Assembly: GCA_024137785.1 (NCBI GenBank)
Contig: JAHRHZ010000217.1
Coordinates: forward strand, 14,061,737 to 14,125,736
DNA from: Ginglymostoma cirratum
Lineage: Eukaryota
Length of the DNA: 64,000 bases
Reading direction: 5' to 3'
The position numbers and the translations under genes are program-made. The notes beneath the pieces are model-generated. The model saw only the letters and a list, made by a program, of their open reading frames with translations, ran no database searches and was not told the origin of the DNA. This document shows positions 59,100-64,000 of the stretch, piece after piece (positions within the stretch are counted from its first letter, which is position 1; every line of letters starts with the position of its first letter).

Positions 59100-59432
59100 A
59101 CTTATTCATGGATTGGGGCCATTATTTATTACCCATGTTTAAAACAACAGACTGATTCTGTGGCCATTGTAGAGGGTAGTTAAGATTTCATGGATCAGTA
59201 GTTACATATGCATTAAACTACAGGAGGTCAGAAAATATTGTTCCCTAAAAGGACATTCGTAAGATTTCGGATTTTTGTAACAGTTCAGCAGTTTCATGGT
59301 TACCATTATACCAGCTTTTTCATTCCAAATTGATTTAATTAACTGCCTTTAACTTCACCAGTTATTCGATGTTCATTTGAACACATATCAGATATTCGTC
59401 CACATTTCTGGATTACTAGTCTTGTAGTGCTA
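59100..59432 (-). mobile_element. SINE family C, very old copy
   Basis: agagggtagttaaga...ttccctaaaaggacatt...gtttcatggttaccatta...tctggattactagtc is colinear with the 41940 copy. Confidence 0.6.
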
Positions 59433-61503
59433 TCTCAGTGAGCAGGAAGACTATGTGGGTTGTCAATAATAAAGGGAAGAAATCAGAAAACGTAGGAACA
59501 ACTTACCAGGGTAAATTGGACACCTAATCTAATAGTCCTGGCTGTTGGCTTTAGAATAATTGTTTGGACAAAGATGTATGCATATGAATGTCACAGCACA
59601 TATATTCGCCTGCAGTTTCAACGGAGATGTGTCCTATCAAAAATTGTGCGTTGCCTCATCTTGCAGCCATCTAAGAATGAATTCAGTAGCACCGTCTCTG
59701 TGTAGCTGACAGACCAGGAAGCAATGGATTCCAGGTCCTGAAGGGCCAATGTCACAAGCTGAATCACACTGACAATCTGTCCAGCCTCAGAGACTATTAG
59801 TCATCCTCAACTAGGTTATTTCCCAGACGCTAGCCGGACAGCACTATTTCACTGCCAGTATCCAGAACTATAAATCTTCCTGGGAGACATGCAGCCAATA
59901 ATCACACTGGTGATTAATTTCCAAGGGCTGTAGGAAAGAAAGGACAACTTGCTTGATATGCTTTCGACTTGCTCGCATTAGAGGAATTGCAACATCACTA
60001 CAGAGTCAGACTGTAGTAAGATCTGGCAGGACAATGCTGGATGTATTAAATATTTATATTGCTCAAAACTTGAGTGTTCTGTCAAGGTCAACCACAGTGA
60101 GTGCTGGTTAATTTCCAGAAAACATATGTGAGTTTGTGAAGATAGAGAGGAAGAGAAGAAATAACAGGATGACAGGGAAAGAAGAGGAGGAGAGAAACAG
60201 GATTCTAAAGAATTGGGGAGTGGGACAGAGATTGGCTGGAGGAGGTGAGGTGGAGCAAGATGGAGTGGCAAGCAAGGGGGTGAGGGGGATGCAAGATGGA
60301 ATGGTGAGCAATATTATGCGGGTTGTGAAAGGGGAGGGTGAGTAAGGGGATTGGCGGGGGGTAAGGGAAGGGCTTGAGTAAGTGGGGGACAAGTAACAAC
60401 ATCCTCCGTTTTCTCCCAGGAATTTTACCTTGGGAGGCAATTTAATGACTTGAAAGCAAATCTAAGAAGCTGGCAGCGCAACTCGCTGCATGCATTTGAA
60501 ATGAAACTGGAGTCAGTGCTCGGAATTAAAACTAAAACTATCTTTATAGTTCACTTTGACTTTTCTTTCTGAATAACCTTTCGAAAACAGAAACGAAAAG
60601 CTGTAAACAAAAGCAACATTTGGTCGTCCCTCTCCGCCCATTACCACTCTCTTTGCCTGACAGTATGTTAATTAACTCCCTGCAGACAATCCAGCATTCA
60701 ACTTCCTCATTTCCGGGCCTTCCCCATTACAAATCGCTCTGACTCCTCAGGCCTTCCCAAGAGCATCAAACTCATCAGTGAAAGCAAAAATCAGATATCG
60801 ATCAGGAGATAGTGGGAGAAGGGGAAGCAAGGAGGTGGCTTCAAATTAAAGCTTTAAGAAAATTAGGTTAAAATTTTACAGAATATATACAATGAGATAG
60901 CAGCTGCAAGCTGAATCATCTGAAAAAACACCTTTAGATGCATGAGTTGCGTTTCTCTTCCAGTGTATTGTTTCCAGTACAATGTTCTGGGTGATGCATT
61001 AGTTTTCTCTGGGGAGCAAACACACGTCTGGTGCTTTATCTGCACTCGTATCCTTTTGTTAGAATGACTAGTGAATGGAGGTGTTTCTTTCCACATCTTT
61101 TAGATGGCGTAGACGTTTCTTAGCAGGCATAATAATGACTGACATGGCTTCTCTACTGCACAAAGTGTTTTTGTCTCATCACACGTGAACAAACTCTTTA
61201 AAACAATCAATGCGCATGCCTGCACACAGATACTCATGTGCCATTCAAACATATGCATTGACACATACATACATACACACACACTCTCACACACCCCTAA
61301 ACATAAAGATGGAAATTGCTGAAATGGCAATGATACATCAGCCGTCCTCTGCAAGGGAAAGTCTGTGTAGCAAATCGATACAATAAAATTCAGATCTAAA
61401 ATGTCAAGCTTTGGTTCTCTTTCAAATACTTGCTTTCCAAATTTCAATCACAACTTGCTGCAATTTCCTTTCTGCAGTAATTCTTCACTTCTTGGTGCAG
61501 CTT

Positions 61504-61728
61504 CATAGAATCGTGGCCAATCCACCTCACCAGCACATCTTTGGACTGTAGGAAGAAACTGGAGCACCTAGGAGACACTACAGGCAAACCAGAGCACCCA
61601 GGGGAAACCCACACAGACATGGGGAGCATGTGCAAACTCCACACAAATAGTGGGTGAGTGTGGGGTTGAACCCAGAATGCTGGATGTAGCGAGGCAGCAG
61701 TGCTAACCAGTGAGCCACCATACCACCC
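61504..61728 (-). mobile_element. HE1-type V-SINE, rearranged
   Basis: catagaatc joined directly to tggccaatccacc, with a duplicated gagcacc.agg segment and an intact head. Confidence 0.9.
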
Positions 61729-61963
61729 ATGTTTTCACAATGTAGTTATATAAATCCTAAATCTGCTGATGGTTTAAAACTTGTAAATGAAGAGTTCTCT
61801 CATGTGTGAACAACATGTAGCCTCCTGTTGTAACTTATCTTTTTTTCAAAACACCTTTTATTAAAGGCTCATCAATTTTGGCAATTCCATCACCAGCACT
61901 TCCAAATGAAAACAAGCAAATGGAAATCTTAGCAACTGATGCCTGGGCGTGCTGTGAGACGTT

Positions 61964-62510
61964 AATCATTGGAACAGAAGTAGGCCATTCAGCCCCTCAA
62001 CCTTTCCCTATCATTCTGGAACATAGTTGGTCATCTACATCAAAACCACTTTCCCACGTTAGCGCCACATCCTTTTGCCATTACTATTTATAAATCAATC
62101 ACTGTCTTGAAAACATTGAATGACTGAGCATCCACAGCCTTTGGGGTACAGAATTATAATGATTCACTATCTTCTAAGTGAAGAAATTCCTCCTCAGCTC
62201 AGTTCTAAATGACTTGCCCCTTTATTCAGGGACTCCGTGCCCTAGTTCTGGAAGACCTCCAGCCAGGAGAAATATCCTTTCTACATCTACCCTGTTGAGC
62301 CTTTCTGTAAGCTTCTACATGATCACCTTTCATCCTCTAAATTCCCAGAGAATACAGGCCAGTCTCCTCAATCTCTCCTATAGTGACAGGTCCACCTACC
62401 CAGAGTTCAGTCTGGTGAATCTCCATTGCAATTATTCTTGGGCAAGTATATCCTTCCTTTGGCTAGGGGACTAAAGCAAAACACAATACTCTGGATGCAG
62501 TCTCACCAAG
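61964..62510 (-). mobile_element. CR1-like LINE 3' end
   Basis: Minus strand LVRLHPEYCV...RKDIL...ERLRRLAC. Plus strand ggaacagaagtaggccattcagcccctc is the tail. Confidence 0.88.
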
Positions 62511-62799
62511 ATTGGAACAAGATGTCTGAAGGGCATAACTGTGTAGAAAGCCTCAGTTCAACTAATCTCTGATGTTTTATGGATTTGGATATACACAGTG
62601 AGAGTGGGAGAGTAGAACATGGGTACTGCTGCAGGTCTCTGTTTTAGCTTGACATGGTCACTATGGCTGTTCAGACATTTGAATAGTGCTGGTTGAATGT
62701 ACCAATGTTTTGTAAGACCCCATACTTTGTACCCTCTGGAAGCCAAGTCCTACTCACCCATCACTCCAATACTCATTGACCTGGTTTCTCCCTGTCTCT

Positions 62800-63122
62800 G
62801 TCCAAGATCTCAAGATCTCTGCGTTCTTCCGATTCATGCCTCTTACTCATTTGATTAAAATTGCTCGACTATTAGCAGCCATACCATACCACACACCATC
62901 AAGGTCCTAAGTTTTGGAGTTTCCTCCCTAACCTCCTCCATCATTCTCTCTCTCTCCCCTTACAATGCCCAGTAAAACCTCCCTCTTTGACCTAGCTTTG
63001 CATAATATCTCTTATACGCCCAATATCCCCTTTTGCATTTCAGTGTTTAATCATGCTCCTAAGAAGTGCCACAGAACATTTTACTGTGCTTGAGGTGCCA
63101 AGCAAATGCAAGTTGTTATTAC
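62800..63122 (+). mobile_element. L2-like LINE 3' end
   Basis: tctctgcgttcttcc...ggtcctaagttttggagtttcctccctaa...aaaacctccctctttgacctagcttt...aaatgcaagttgttatt. Confidence 0.7.
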
Positions 63123-63678
63123 TGTTAGTTCATTAGTGCTTTGTGGACACTGTCTTTGCCTTTTAGCCCCTCTCAGGCTGACCATCGTGTTTTTTTGACC
63201 ACACTCTTTGGTATCCATTAGTCATTTAGTGTAATTGCAATGCAGCATCGCACAAAAATCAATTCCTTGTCATTATGAAGCAATTTCTTAAATTGCCATC
63301 GGATCACAGTGGGTGACTCATCGACACAGCATCTGGTAACAGCACTATCACCTTGATGCAGATTGTATGAAAAAGGAAGCTCATCCGCAGCAAACGTCGC
63401 AGTCATGTCAAAAAAGGGCAACTCAGTTGCACAGGTTTGGAGAAAGGGGTCAGTCCCACAAGCTAGAAGCTAGGCTCTGGAACAGTTTCATTCTCTGTGC
63501 ATTATTTCATGTCCAGCTGCTAAAACCCTTTGTGGGAACACCCAGTTCCTGGGTTAAAATAGCACACACGGAAACGCAATGGAGTTAACAAGTACTCAAA
63601 ACAAAAAGCATGCAGTCACATTAAACTCATTAGACACTTAGTGCTTCTATTTGATTTCTCCTCAAAGCACTCCTGATA

Positions 63679-63972
63679 AATCATAGAATCCCTACAGTGT
63701 GGAAGCAGGCCATTCAGCCAAGTCAATATCAACCCTCCGAACAGCGTTCCACCCAGACCCATCCCATCCCTGTTACCCTGGATTTCCCATGGCCAATCCA
63801 CTTAGCCTGCACATTTTCAGACTGTGGGAGGAAACCAGAGCATGCAGAGGAAACCCACGGAGACATGGGGGGAATGTGCAAACTCCACACAGGCAGTCAC
63901 CCGAGGGTGAAATCAAACTGGGTCCCTGCGCTGTGAGGCAGCAGTGCTAACCACTGAGCCACCATGCTGCCC
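63679..63972 (-). mobile_element. HE1-type V-SINE, full length
   Basis: atcatagaatccctacagtgtggaagcaggcc...gcagtgctaaccactgagccaccatgctgccc. Confidence 0.95.
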
Positions 63973-64000
63973 TGAATGAAAAGTCAAAGTCATACATTCT

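Noticed and set aside
60108-60440. Three overlapping ORFs
   Set aside because: Products of purine/pyrimidine low-complexity sequence.

Overview
This is eukaryotic, repeat-rich DNA, almost certainly from a shark or other elasmobranch. It carries about 9 HE1-type V-SINEs, many CR1/HER1-like and L2-like LINE 3' remnants, three other tRNA-derived SINE families, DeuSINE-like copies, a solo LTR and a family of short fold-back elements resembling Penelope-like terminal repeats. I recognise no protein-coding gene, tRNA/rRNA gene or CRISPR array. The recognisable ORFs in the track come from repeats and the rest look like chance ORFs. The unique sequence looks like a long intron or intergenic region. 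It contains several CpG-retaining, enhancer-like blocks, a good RE1/NRSE motif and a few unverified exon candidates. The most notable signals are (1) palindromic 100-230 bp insertions with 9-15 bp target-site duplications and a degenerate hammerhead-ribozyme core, and (2) a minus-strand let-7 site with seed, central mismatches and 3' pairing inside a stop-filled exon-like segment. Repeat family names come from pattern recognition, not database searches, and boundaries of old repeats are approximate.
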